Below, piece by piece: positions 50,546 to 62,353 of a stretch of DNA of 64,000 nt. The stretch lies in contig JBLDXI010000003.1 of the NCBI GenBank assembly GCA_047495785.1, positions 4,030,001-4,094,000 of the forward strand. Reading direction: 5' to 3'. The notes under the pieces are model-generated. The model saw only the letters and a list, made by a program, of their open reading frames with translations. It searched no databases and had not been told where the DNA came from. How positions within the stretch are numbered: position 1 is the first letter of the stretch; each line of letters opens with the position of its first letter. The DNA is from Lepidodermella squamata. Taxonomy: Eukaryota > Animalia > Gastrotricha. Made by a program: the position numbers and the translations under genes.

Positions 50546-51306
50546 TTTTTCAAATGTAAATTGAAGTGGCGAGTCGCGCTGCTTTTACACGCAACTGGCG
50601 TGACTCATCTTACAAAATACGTCCAAAATGAATAATATACTCATTGATAAAGCACACGTTATTCTGTTTATTTCCCAAAGATAAGAAGGAATAATTCCTA
50701 GGAAATCTGCTCTGCTGAGCACTTTGCCCATATCATTCCTTTTTGGGTCACTTCGGTTAGACTTGATGCAGAAATTGCCAAGCAGCATTGCTGGAAAGTA
50801 TTTGCAGATTCGAATGTCTTGTTTTAGAAGAACAAATTTCCCAAATTCAATTGAAGAGAAGAAATTCAAGAATTTATTACCTCAGATGCATTAGCGACCG
50901 CCAACGGAAAATTGATGCAGGAACGAGGGGAGCCACTTGCCACATAAGGACCGGGTGTTTTATTGACGAAGCAAACGCCCTGAACAGCATTGTCTTTTCC
51001 CGCCATTCTAACGCATGTACCCAGAGAGCGTGTGTATTCTTTTGGAAAAATCTCAGCGATATGTGGTATCCGAAATGTACCCATTTGCCTTAATCGACTC
51101 TCGCATCCTCTTGAAAAGTGAGTTAATCTTCCAAATTGGGAGTGAAATTATTGTATTCTGTATGAATAGGCTGATTGAGAGGATAATGGCATTTCTGTTA
51201 GAAAAAACCCAGCCGGTGAAACCAAAAATGTAAAAAATTATTTTATCAGTTTTTATTGCGAGCGTCATCGATTGCATTTCCTTTATAGTTATTAATGTTG
51301 GCACAC

Positions 51307-53139
51307 TTATTCAGACATTAGTTTATCGAATAGCTTCGGGCTACCAGGCCAAATAAGTGTCAACTCGGCAAGTCGTGACGGCCACTGCTTGAAATGCTTC
51401 CGGCGCATGTTGCTGTCAAGGTGGCGGAAAAGCGTTGCAGGGAAAACGAGGGCTGCTTCTAGAGCATGGATTTTCATCAAAGCTTGATAGAATTCTTCCA
51501 TTAAAGCGGATGCTCGAAATAGTCCTCGATCGGTAGTTGCGAGACCTGAGCAGAGGCTAGGAATGATGTGAAGGGCGACAGGATTTAACTCTAAACATGG
51601 ACGTATCCGGCATGCTTTCGCAAGTAATTCTTCCAAATGGCCCAAGTTTTGTTTTGAAAATTTCTTCGAGGCGGTTATCCTGTCAGCCGAGAGCTTGATC
51701 ATGCTGAGAGCGGAAAGATTTGCGGCTGAATCTTTCCGATCCATTTCGCACAGGCGGCATCTGCATTCGAAGCCAAATTTCTCTCGCAGCGACTTTTCCC
51801 TTGTCTGGAAGTCTTCGAAAGGTGTACAGTAGTCCCACAAGAGTTGTTCGCCTTTTCGAACTTTGCGAGTTACGCGGACAAATAAAAAGCGGCCGATGAA
51901 AGTTCGGCAGCAATTTGTGTCTACGCAGCTGTGATTTATATAGCTCGGCATTATCCAAAGTCCACAGCCATAGTTTCCTTTGTTATTAGCAATATACGTC
52001 TCCATTGAAAGAGAATTGTGGTTGACGATAGCAGCTAGGGTTTCAGCGCCTTCATCCGTAAAGGGATCTCTGCTTTTCGACTCGATTTTCGCGCCACAAT
52101 ATAGCTTATAGAACTCCTCGGATATATCTGGTCGAGCGTCCAATTTTTCTATTACCGCTACAAGAAAATCTGCTGACTGACTCTCATCACACGCAGAGTG
52201 AGGCTGAGGGAAATAGTTGAAAGCTCGCTCTGCTATTACCAAAGTCCCAGGTTCAATATCGGTTGTTGCGACTAGGCCTCGCCCATAACCATCAATTTCC
52301 TCGATTTGAAGCATATTGCTTGCAAAGTAGTTGGCATGGTTGCTCAGCATAGGATCGCTTTTAGCCTCGTCGATCATTTTCATTTCATCGAAATCTCCAG
52401 TAGTTGATTCTTTCAAGCCTCGCTCAGCCTGAGCCAAGAAAAGCTTTTCAAAACCTGGCTTCCCGCAGACGAGTTCGATACATTCTTGGTATCGATCAAG
52501 TTTCATCAGCGAGCTAGCTTTCCGCAATAGAAGCTTTGGATTGCTAGGATCGATTTCCAGCCCTATTTCAGCATCTTTCAAAGCTTGAATTGGTCGGTCC
52601 ATTGCAAGGAAAGCCGCTGATTTGTTCACCAAGATTTTTACTATGGCGTCGTTGTCAGAATTTCCAGCTAGCTGTTGAGCTCTTTCGAAACAGGCTATCG
52701 CCAACTCGAATTCACTTGTTTTGTAGAAGCCAACGCCGAGTGAGTTGAAGTTGATTGCATCAATAGATCTATGCCATTCTATTCCTTCTAGAAATTTGTG
52801 ATCGTCCGGAAGAATTACGATGTCTCTGGTAGATAGGCTAGCTTTAATAGCCATAGAACTGCCGATAGGTTCGATGCAGGGATTTAAAATCATCGCTTTG
52901 GCCCCAGGCTGGATTTTCTCAAAAAATCGACCTTTTAAATCAGTGATGACCAATCGAAATACGACGTTGCCATTCGCGTCATCAACAAGAGTTGCGACTT
53001 GAAGAGGCTTGAAAGGATTCCTTGATCGCACTACAACACCAATGAATCTGACAATCAGCGATTTTTGAATAAAACTGAACCCTCTGGCTTGATAGCCGAG
53101 GTTTGCAATGCTCTGCAAGTCGATGCTAGTGCTCTCCAT
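51307..53139 (-). CDS. TPR + SET-domain methyltransferase (copy 5, E353)
   Basis: Same 610-aa ORF. Confidence 0.9.
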   Translation of the reverse strand: MESTSIDLQSIANLGYQARGFSFIQKSLIVRFIGVVVRSRNPFKPLQVATLVDDANGNVVFRLVITDLKGRFFEKIQPGAKAMILNPCIEPIGSSMAIKASLSTRDIVILPDDHKFLEGIEWHRSIDAINFNSLGVGFYKTSEFELAIACFERAQQLAGNSDNDAIVKILVNKSAAFLAMDRPIQALKDAEIGLEIDPSNPKLLLRKASSLMKLDRYQECIELVCGKPGFEKLFLAQAERGLKESTTGDFDEMKMIDEAKSDPMLSNHANYFASNMLQIEEIDGYGRGLVATTDIEPGTLVIAERAFNYFPQPHSACDESQSADFLVAVIEKLDARPDISEEFYKLYCGAKIESKSRDPFTDEGAETLAAIVNHNSLSMETYIANNKGNYGCGLWIMPSYINHSCVDTNCCRTFIGRFLFVRVTRKVRKGEQLLWDYCTPFEDFQTREKSLREKFGFECRCRLCEMDRKDSAANLSALSMIKLSADRITASKKFSKQNLGHLEELLAKACRIRPCLELNPVALHIIPSLCSGLATTDRGLFRASALMEEFYQALMKIHALEAALVFPATLFRHLDSNMRRKHFKQWPSRLAELTLIWPGSPKLFDKLMSE

Positions 53140-53904
53140 TTTTTCAAATGTAAATTGAAGTGGCGAGTCGCGCTGCTTTTACACGCAACTGGCGTGACTC
53201 ATCTTACAAAATACGTCCAAAATGAATAATATACTCATTGATAAAGCACACGTTATTCTGTTTATTTCCCAAAGATAAGAAGGAATAATTCCTAGGAAAT
53301 CTGCTCTGCTGAGCACTTTGCCCATATCATTCCTTTTTGGGTCACTTCGGTTAGACTTGATGCAGAAATTGCCAAGCAGCATTGCTGGAAAGTATTTGCA
53401 GATTCGAATGTCTTGTTTTAGAAGAACAAATTTCCCAAATTCAATTGAAGAGAAGAAATTCAAGAATTTATTACCTCAGATGCATTAGCGACCGCCAACG
53501 GAAAATTGATGCAGGAACGAGGGGAGCCACTTGCCACATAAGGACCGGGTGTTTTATTGACGAAGCAAACGCCCTGAACAGCATTGTCTTTTCCCGCCAT
53601 TCTAACGCATGTACCCAGAGAGCGTGTGTATTCTTTTGGAAAAATCTCAGCGATATGTGGTATCCGAAATGTACCCATTTGCCTTAATCGACTCTCGATT
53701 CCTCTTGAAAAGTGAGTTAATCTTTCAAATTGGGAGTGAAATTATTGTATTCTGTATGAATAGGCTGATTGAGAGGATAATGGCATTTCTGTTAGAAAAA
53801 ACCCAGCCGGTGAAACCAAAAATGTAAAAAATTATTTTATCAGTTTTTATTGCGAGCGTCATCGATTGCATTTCATTTATAGTTATTAATGTTGGCACAC
53901 TTAC

Positions 53905-55737
53905 TTATTCAGACATTAGTTTATCGAATAGCTTCGGGCTACCAGGCCAAATAAGTGTCAACTCGGCAAGTCGTGACGGCCACTGCTTGAAATGCTTCCG
54001 GCGCATGTTGCTGTCAAGGTGGCGGAAAAGCGTTGCAGGGAAAACGAGGGCTGCTTCTAGAGCATGGATTTTCATCAAAGCTTGATAGAATTCTTCCATT
54101 AAAGCGGATGCTCGAAATAGTCCTCGATCGGTAGTTGCGAGACCTGAGCAGAGGCTAGGAATGATGTGAAGGGCGACAGGATTTAACTCTAAACATGGAC
54201 GTATCCGGCATGCTTTCGCAAGTAATTCTTCCAAATGGCCCAAGTTTTGTTTTGAAAATTTCTTCGAGGCGGTTATCCTGTCAGCCGAGAGCTTGATCAT
54301 GCTGAGAGCGGAAAGATTTGCGGCTGAATCTTTCCGATCCATTTCGCACAGGCGGCATCTGCATTCGAAGCCAAATTTCTCTCGCAGCGACTTTTCCCTT
54401 GTCTGGAAGTCTTCGAAAGGTGTACAGTAGTCCCACAAGAGTTGTTCGCCTTTTCGAACTTTGCGAGTTACGCGGACAAATAAAAAGCGGCCGATGAAAG
54501 TTCGGCAGCAATTTGTGTCTACGCAGCTGTGATTTATATAGCTCGGCATTATCCAAAGTCCACAGCCATAGTTTCCTTTGTTATTAGCAATATACGTCTC
54601 CATTGAAAGAGAATTGTGGTTGACGATAGCAGCTAGGGTTTCAGCGCCTTCATCCGTAAAGGGATCTCTGCTTTTCGACTCGATTTTCGCGCCACAATAT
54701 AGCTTATAGAACTCCTCGGATATATCTGGTCGAGCGTCCAATTTTTCTATTACCGCTACAAGAAAATCTGCTGACTGACTCTCATCACACGCAGAGTGAG
54801 GCTGAGGGAAATAGTTGAAAGCTCGCTCTGCTATTACCAAAGTCCCAGGTTCAATATCGGTTGTTGCGACTAGGCCTCGCCCATAACCATCAATTTCCTC
54901 GATTTGAAGCATATTGCTTGCAAAGTAGTTGGCATGGTTGCTCAGCATAGGATCGCTTTTAGCCTCGTCGATCATTTTCATTTCATCGAAATCTCCAGTA
55001 GTTGATTCTTTCAAGCCTCGCTCAGCCTGAGCCAAGAAAAGCTTTTCAAAACCTGGCTTCCCGCAGACGAGTTCGATACATTCTTGGTATCGATCAAGTT
55101 TCATCAGCGAGCTAGCTTTCCGCAATAGAAGCTTTGGATTGCTAGGATCGATTTCCAGCCCTATTTCAGCATCTTTCAAAGCTTGAATTGGTCGGTCCAT
55201 TGCAAGGAAAGCCGCTGATTTGTTCACCAAGATTTTTACTATGGCGTCGTTGTCAGAATTTCCAGCTAGCTGTTGAGCTCTTTCGAAACAGGCTATCGCC
55301 AACTCGAATTCACTTGTTTTGTAGAAGCCAACGCCGAGTGAGTTGAAGTTGATTGCATCAATAGATCTATGCCATTCTATTCCTTCTAGAAATTTGTGAT
55401 CGTCCGGAAGAATTACGATGTCTCTGGTAGATAGGCTAGCTTTAATAGCCATAGAACTGCCGATAGGTTCGATGCAGGGATTTAAAATCATCGCTTTGGC
55501 CCCAGGCTGGATTTTCTCAAAAAATCGACCTTTTAAATCAGTGATGACCAATCGAAATACGACGTTGCCATTCGCGTCATCAACAAGAGTTGCGACTTGA
55601 AGAGGCTTGAAAGGATTCCTTGATCGCACTACAACACCAATGAATCTGACAATCAGCGATTTTTGAATAAAACTGAACCCTCTGGCTTGATAGCCGAGGT
55701 TTGCAATGCTCTGCAAGTCGATGCTAGTGCTCTCCAT
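53905..55737 (-). CDS. TPR + SET-domain methyltransferase (copy 6, E353)
   Basis: Same 610-aa ORF; the 4-kb TIR element sits about 520 bp upstream of its ATG. Confidence 0.9.
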   Translation of the reverse strand: MESTSIDLQSIANLGYQARGFSFIQKSLIVRFIGVVVRSRNPFKPLQVATLVDDANGNVVFRLVITDLKGRFFEKIQPGAKAMILNPCIEPIGSSMAIKASLSTRDIVILPDDHKFLEGIEWHRSIDAINFNSLGVGFYKTSEFELAIACFERAQQLAGNSDNDAIVKILVNKSAAFLAMDRPIQALKDAEIGLEIDPSNPKLLLRKASSLMKLDRYQECIELVCGKPGFEKLFLAQAERGLKESTTGDFDEMKMIDEAKSDPMLSNHANYFASNMLQIEEIDGYGRGLVATTDIEPGTLVIAERAFNYFPQPHSACDESQSADFLVAVIEKLDARPDISEEFYKLYCGAKIESKSRDPFTDEGAETLAAIVNHNSLSMETYIANNKGNYGCGLWIMPSYINHSCVDTNCCRTFIGRFLFVRVTRKVRKGEQLLWDYCTPFEDFQTREKSLREKFGFECRCRLCEMDRKDSAANLSALSMIKLSADRITASKKFSKQNLGHLEELLAKACRIRPCLELNPVALHIIPSLCSGLATTDRGLFRASALMEEFYQALMKIHALEAALVFPATLFRHLDSNMRRKHFKQWPSRLAELTLIWPGSPKLFDKLMSE

Positions 55738-56254
55738 TTTTTCAAATGTAAATTGAAGTGGCGAGTCGCGCTGCTTTTACACGCAACTGGCGTGACTCAT
55801 CTTACAAAATACGTCCAAAATGAATAATATACTCATTGATAAAGCACACGTTATTCTGTTTATTTCCCAAAGATAAGAAGGAATAATTCCTAGGAAATCT
55901 GCTCTGCTGAGCACTTTGCCCATATCATTCCTTTTTGGGTCACTTCGGTTAGACTTGATGCAGAAATTGCCAAGCAGCATTGCTGGAAAGTATTTGCAGA
56001 TTCGAATGTCTTGTTTTAGAAGAACAAATTTCCCAAATTCAATTGAAGAGAAGAAATTCAAGAATTTATTACCTCAGATGCATTAGCGACCGCCAACGGA
56101 AAATTGATGCAGGAACGAGGGGAGCCACTTGCCACATAAGGACCGGGTGTTTTATTGACGAAGCAAACGCCCTGAACAGCATTGTCTTTTCCCGCCATTC
56201 TAACGCATGTACCCAGAGAGCGTGTGTATTCTTTTGGAAAAATCTCAGCGATAT

Positions 56255-57501
56255 CGATGATTTTGCGCTAAAGCCGACCAACGAGAAAAAAATTCCTATA
56301 CAGAGTACTGCGCACAATAAGAAGTACTACGCGCGCAAAATATTATAAGATATACTTATAGCCCGCATTCTGTGTGAAAAAATGAATGTACTGGACAAAT
56401 GACCAACAAATATAAGTGCGCTTTTGTGGATGTTACCATGAAATCTTCTGCTTACCTGGTAGAGAACTGTCGAAAGTATCAGGAAATCGATAGAAAAGCA
56501 TGTGCAACCGTGGGTTATTCACCGCTAGGCGACTTGAAAGTGATCTGAAAGCGCAAAAACCTTGGAAAAATGCACCCACTGGTGTCTTGAGCGGCGTTTC
56601 TGCGAAAACAAAATGGGTTCACCCACAGTTTTTTCACATTCCCTAGCCGAGCACATGGAGGGCTTATTAGGGAAGTAAGAAATAGCCAGTTAATATGGAG
56701 GACATCCACGGCTTTTCAGTATTTTTCCTCCCGGCTTGAAAATCGTGGAAAAAGCGAAAATTGTATGTTTTTAGTCGCTCTTATCTCGAAAACACCCATG
56801 GTTGCACCATAGCTTTTTGTAGTCAAATAGGAGAAGGCACTAGGAGGAAGGTTTTAACAGGGAAAACAGCAAGAACCACCCCAACTTATCCAAGACTTTT
56901 TCGTCCTGATTAGCACTCACTACGTCACACCCAACACCTCGAAAATGCATGGCCTGGCGTCTTTTGGGGCATTGCTGCAAAAAAGAGCATGGGTTCAACC
57001 ACAGTTTTTCACGTCCTTTAGCAGAGCACAAGAAGATCTTACTCAGGAAGTAAGAAATTGCCAGTAAATGCGGTGTTTATCCACGGGTTAAGAGTCTTTT
57101 CTCTCCACATCCGATTCAAGTCCGAATCGAAGAGAAAGTGAGGATTTTTCATCTTTCATGGCACTTATCTTGAAAAAACCCATGGCTGCACCATAAGTGT
57201 TTGTATTCAAACAGTAGAGGAGATTGAGAAGAAGGTTTCAAAAGAGAAAACAGCACGAACCACGACAACTTATCCACGACTTTTTCGCCTTGATGGACAA
57301 TCACATTTTAAGCTCAAAATCGAACTTCAAAACTGGGCTATTCACCTTACCTTACGCGGCAGAGCCCTTATTTCACCTGTAACAAGTTGAATGAAGCGCA
57401 TACTTCTTATAAAATAGCAAATAATATGCGGGTGCTACCATGATTTGCCATGATTTTCCATTCGGTCCCAGACCGCGGTAACAAGACGGTTATGGTAAGG
57501 A
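56255..57501 (+). repeat. Left terminal inverted repeat (1247 bp)
   Basis: Runs from cgatgattttgcgctaaagccgacc to tatggtaagga. It is the reverse complement of 59026-60272; I noticed only two mismatches. Confidence 0.93.
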
Positions 57502-59025
57502 GTCATCCGATTTCAATCTCTCAATGAAGTCATGGTATCTATGGACTGACGTATTAAAGATGCATTTTCGATCATTTTTATCAACGGTAATTGCTTCCTT
57601 GTATCTGGTACGTTGTTCTTTTCGTATTCTCAAAAACTTCCATGCAAGTTGCAACTTGATTTTGCTCATTCCTTTTGCGAATGCTCCTTATGGAGCGCTA
57701 ATTGCTGGGCTCAACTTAGCTTTTGTTATCCTTCCATTTGTAGGGTGTAGAGTGGAGTGTGGTTCAGAAGTGCAAGAAGCCGTGGATAATAACGATTTGA
57801 ATCAGCACTTCACCTCCAAAGAAAGATTGCCTTGTTCCCCTCATTAGAAGGAAATGAGAGAAAACTTGGCTTACATAGTCTGAGTGATAGAGGAAAAGAA
57901 AAACCGCCGACAGCGCCATCTGCTTCATCATGTCGGTGTATTGTGTGGTATTCAAGAAAATCAGCTGGAGTGAACACTTTTGCAACGATGGATCGAAACG
58001 TTTTCAAGTCGGATTAGCGGTTGTTATAGAAAGAAAAGATGTTCCTTGAAACCTCTATCGACGGAGCGGTCGACAGTAGGTGGGTCAATCGCACAATAGA
58101 GGCCGGCGAGGGACACGCAAGAAATCGTTTGTGTTGTGCAATAATGTAGCTTAACGACAGCATTCTCTTCCACACTGGTCAGATTAGAGAAAAATGGCCA
58201 TCCGTCGCGGTTTTTTTTATTACGGACGGTAAACATCAGCCAAATTCATTAAATTGACTGATCTGAGAAGAGCGATAGATTCAAGTGCTGCTACAGTCCC
58301 TCGGGATAACTTTTCCCATTGGCGCTAAAACGTGATACAGTGCCATCTCATGTAGCTAAAATCCTTGCTTTTTAGTAATTTCAATCAACGCTGCACTCAA
58401 CTCAACTTTCCAAACCGCGGAAACACCTTGATCCGTCATTTTCCCATATTTTCCGTCAAATGCGTCTATCGCGTTCTATTGTTGGCGCCGCCCACCGTCA
58501 ACTTTTTTGTTTCCTGTTCAAAGAACTAACTAGCTTGCAAGTGCCTTTAGATAGGAAGCATCATCTTCGGGTAGCTGAGTTTGTGACCAATGTATGTAAG
58601 TTGGGTAGGTTACATTTGGTTAGGACCAGAGGGCAGACTCCCGTAGCCCGATACCTCCACGCCCATCTCCTTTTGGTCCGATGTTGTGAGCATTTTAAGC
58701 ACAGGGACGTCGGTCACTCCAAGTCTCTGGTAAACCAAGACCAAGTCTCCCAATTGGCTGGTAGCTAGTTAGCTAAAGCTTTTCTAGACGATCGTTTTGC
58801 ACTCGCTGAGAGTCCGCTTTCGACGACAGCAGGGCGTACGCGACGCGACCCAACGTTTGCCGTGAATTACGTTGCCCGCTACCGCCACGGGGAGGCTGCC
58901 GTTGTCGCTTGAACAGCAGTCAGCTCTACGATCTAACACTCATTTGTGTAATTTTGTCAATAGGGCTTTCCATATTAGCAGTGTGGAACTTTAGCTCAGG
59001 GGATGGAAGGTTTTAGCGAACTGAA

Positions 59026-60272
59026 TCCTTACCATAACCGTCTTGTTACCGCGGTCTGGGACCGAATGGAAAATCATGGCAAATCATGGTAGCACCCGCA
59101 TATTATTTGCTATTTTATAAGAAGTATGCGCTTCATTCAACTTGTTACAGGTGAAATAAGGGCTCTGCCGCGTAAGGTAAGGTGAATAGCCCAGTTTTGA
59201 AGTTCGATTTTGAGCTTAAAATGTGATTGTCCATCAAGGCGAAAAAGTCGTGGATAAGTTGTCGTGGTTCGTGCTGTTTTCTCTTTTGAAACCTTCTTCT
59301 CAATCTCCTCTACTGTTTGAATACAAACACTTATGGTGCAGCCATGGGTTTTTTCAAGATAAGTGCCATGAAAGATGAAAAATCCTCACTTTCTCTTCGA
59401 TTCGGACTTGAATCGGATGTGGAGAGAAAAGACTCTTAACCCGTGGATAAACACCGCATTTACTGGCAATTTCTTACTTCCTGAGTAAGATCTTCTTGTG
59501 CTCTACTAAAGGACGTGAAAAACTGTGGTTGAACCCATGCTCTTTTTTGCAGCAATGCCCCAAAAGACGCCAGGCCATGCATTTTCGAGGTGTTGGGTGT
59601 GACGTAGTGAGTGCTAATCAGGACGAAAAAGTCTTGGATAAGTTGGGGTGGTTCTTGCTGTTTTCCCTGTTAAAACCTTCCTCCTAGTGCCTTCTCCTAT
59701 TTGACTACAAAAAGCTATGGTGCAACCATGGGTGTTTTCGAGATAAGAGCGACTAAAAACATACAATTTTCGCTTTTTCCACGATTTTCAAGCCGGGAGG
59801 AAAAATACTGAAAAGCCGTGGATGTCCTCCATATTAACTGGCTATTTCTTACTTCCCTAATAAGCCCTCCATGTGCTCGGCTAGGGAATGTGAAAAAACT
59901 GTGGGTGAACCCATTTTGTTTTCGCAGAAACGCCGCTCAAGACACCAGTGGGTGCATTTTTCCAAGGTTTTTGCGCTTTCAGATCACTTTCAAGTCGCCT
60001 AGCGGTGAATAACCCACGGTTGCACATGCTTTTCTATCGATTTCCTGATACTTTCGACAGTTCTCTACCAGGTAAGCAGAAGATTTCATGGTAACATCCA
60101 CAAAAGCGCACTTATATTTGTTGGTCATTTGTCCAGTACATTCATTTTTTCACACAGAATGCGGGCTATAAGTATATCTTATAATATTATGCGCGCGTAG
60201 TACTTCTTATTGTGCGCAGTACTCTGTATAGGAATTTTTTTCTCGTTGGTCGGCTTTAGCGCAAAATCATCG
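59026..60272 (-). repeat. Right terminal inverted repeat (1247 bp)
   Basis: Runs from tccttaccata to gcgcaaaatcatcg. Mirror ORFs 56515-56709(-)/59818-60012(+) and 56840-57031(-)/59496-59687(+) confirm the inversion. Confidence 0.93.
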
Positions 60273-60520
60273 ATATGTGGTATCCGAAATGTACCCATTT
60301 GCCTTAATCGACTCTCGCATCCTCTTGAAAAGTGAGTTAATCTTCCAAATTGGGAGTGAAATTATTGTATTCTGTATGAATAGGCTGATTGAGAGGATAA
60401 TGGCATTTCTGTTAGAAAAAACCCAGCCGGTGAAACCAAAAATGTAAAAAATTATTTTATCAGTTTTTATTGCGAGCGTCATCGATTGCATTTCCTTTAT
60501 AGTTATTAATGTTGGCACAC

Positions 60521-62353
60521 TTATTCAGACATTAGTTTATCGAATAGCTTCGGGCTACCAGGCCAAATAAGTGTCAACTCGGCAAGTCGTGACGGCCACT
60601 GCTTGAAATGCTTCCGGCGCATGTTGCTGTCAAGGTGGCGGAAAAGCGTTGCAGGGAAAACGAGGGCTGCTTCTAGAGCATGGATTTTCATCAAAGCTTG
60701 ATAGAATTCTTCCATTAAAGCGGATGCTCGAAATAGTCCTCGATCGGTAGTTGCGAGACCTGAGCAGAGGCTAGGAATGATGTGAAGGGCGACAGGATTT
60801 AACTCTAAACATGGACGTATCCGGCATGCTTTCGCAAGTAATTCTTCCAAATGGCCCAAGTTTTGTTTTGAAAATTTCTTCGAGGCGGTTATCCTGTCAG
60901 CCGAGAGCTTGATCATGCTGAGAGCGGAAAGATTTGCGGCTGAATCTTTCCGATCCATTTCGCACAGGCGGCATCTGCATTCGAAGCCAAATTTCTCTCG
61001 CAGCGACTTTTCCCTTGTCTGGAAGTCTTCGAAAGGTGTACAGTAGTCCCACAAGAGTTGTTCGCCTTTTCGAACTTTGCGAGTTACGCGGACAAATAAA
61101 AAGCGGCCGATGAAAGTTCGGCAGCAATTTGTGTCTACGCAGCTGTGATTTATATAGCTCGGCATTATCCAAAGTCCACAGCCATAGTTTCCTTTGTTAT
61201 TAGCAATATACGTCTCCATTGAAAGAGAATTGTGGTTGACGATAGCAGCTAGGGTTTCAGCGCCTTCATCCGTAAAGGGATCTCTGCTTTTCGACTCGAT
61301 TTTCGCGCCACAATATAGCTTATAGAACTCCTCGGATATATCTGGTCGAGCGTCCAATTTTTCTATTACCGCTACAAGAAAATCTGCTGACTGACTCTCA
61401 TCACACGCAGAGTGAGGCTGAGGGAAATAGTTGAAAGCTCGCTCTGCTATTACCAAAGTCCCAGGTTCAATATCGGTTGTTGCGACTAGGCCTCGCCCAT
61501 AACCATCAATTTCCTCGATTTGAAGCATATTGCTTGCAAAGTAGTTGGCATGGTTGCTCAGCATAGGATCGCTTTTAGCCTCGTCGATCATTTTCATTTC
61601 ATCGAAATCTCCAGTAGTTGATTCTTTCAAGCCTCGCTCAGCCTGAGCCAAGAAAAGCTTTTCAAAACCTGGCTTCCCGCAGACGAGTTCGATACATTCT
61701 TGGTATCGATCAAGTTTCATCAGCGAGCTAGCTTTCCGCAATAGAAGCTTTGGATTGCTAGGATCGATTTCCAGCCCTATTTCAGCATCTTTCAAAGCTT
61801 GAATTGGTCGGTCCATTGCAAGGAAAGCCGCTGATTTGTTCACCAAGATTTTTACTATGGCGTCGTTGTCAGAATTTCCAGCTAGCTGTTGAGCTCTTTC
61901 GAAACAGGCTATCGCCAACTCGAATTCACTTGTTTTGTAGAAGCCAACGCCGAGTGAGTTGAAGTTGATTGCATCAATAGATCTATGCCATTCTATTCCT
62001 TCTAGAAATTTGTGATCGTCCGGAAGAATTACGATGTCTCTGGTAGATAGGCTAGCTTTAATAGCCATAGAACTGCCGATAGGTTCGATGCAGGGATTTA
62101 AAATCATCGCTTTGGCCCCAGGCTGGATTTTCTCAAAAAATCGACCTTTTAAATCAGTGATGACCAATCGAAATACGACGTTGCCATTCGCGTCATCAAC
62201 AAGAGTTGCGACTTGAAGAGGCTTGAAAGGATTCCTTGATCGCACTACAACACCAATGAATCTGACAATCAGCGATTTTTGAATAAAACTGAACCCTCTG
62301 GCTTGATAGCCGAGGTTTGCAATGCTCTGCAAGCCGATGCTAGTGCTCTCCAT
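60521..62353 (-). CDS. TPR + SET-domain methyltransferase (copy 7, D7G, E353)
   Basis: Same ORF with a private D7G change. Confidence 0.9.
   Translation of the reverse strand: MESTSIGLQSIANLGYQARGFSFIQKSLIVRFIGVVVRSRNPFKPLQVATLVDDANGNVVFRLVITDLKGRFFEKIQPGAKAMILNPCIEPIGSSMAIKASLSTRDIVILPDDHKFLEGIEWHRSIDAINFNSLGVGFYKTSEFELAIACFERAQQLAGNSDNDAIVKILVNKSAAFLAMDRPIQALKDAEIGLEIDPSNPKLLLRKASSLMKLDRYQECIELVCGKPGFEKLFLAQAERGLKESTTGDFDEMKMIDEAKSDPMLSNHANYFASNMLQIEEIDGYGRGLVATTDIEPGTLVIAERAFNYFPQPHSACDESQSADFLVAVIEKLDARPDISEEFYKLYCGAKIESKSRDPFTDEGAETLAAIVNHNSLSMETYIANNKGNYGCGLWIMPSYINHSCVDTNCCRTFIGRFLFVRVTRKVRKGEQLLWDYCTPFEDFQTREKSLREKFGFECRCRLCEMDRKDSAANLSALSMIKLSADRITASKKFSKQNLGHLEELLAKACRIRPCLELNPVALHIIPSLCSGLATTDRGLFRASALMEEFYQALMKIHALEAALVFPATLFRHLDSNMRRKHFKQWPSRLAELTLIWPGSPKLFDKLMSE

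Larger units (their letters stand above)
56255..60272. mobile_element. Non-autonomous foldback-like DNA transposon, 4018 bp, with 1247-bp TIRs
   Basis: Inserted in the array spacer at cagcgATATgtgg, with ATAT duplicated at 56251-56254 and 60273-60276 (a TA TSD with 1-bp longer ends is equally consistent). The empty site is visible in every other unit. No transposase ORF is present. Confidence 0.93.

Noticed and set aside
56515-60012. Mirror-image 63-64 aa ORFs in the TIR element as genes or transposase
   Set aside because: They are by-products of the inverted repeat, use non-ATG starts, and have no DDE or HTH motifs.
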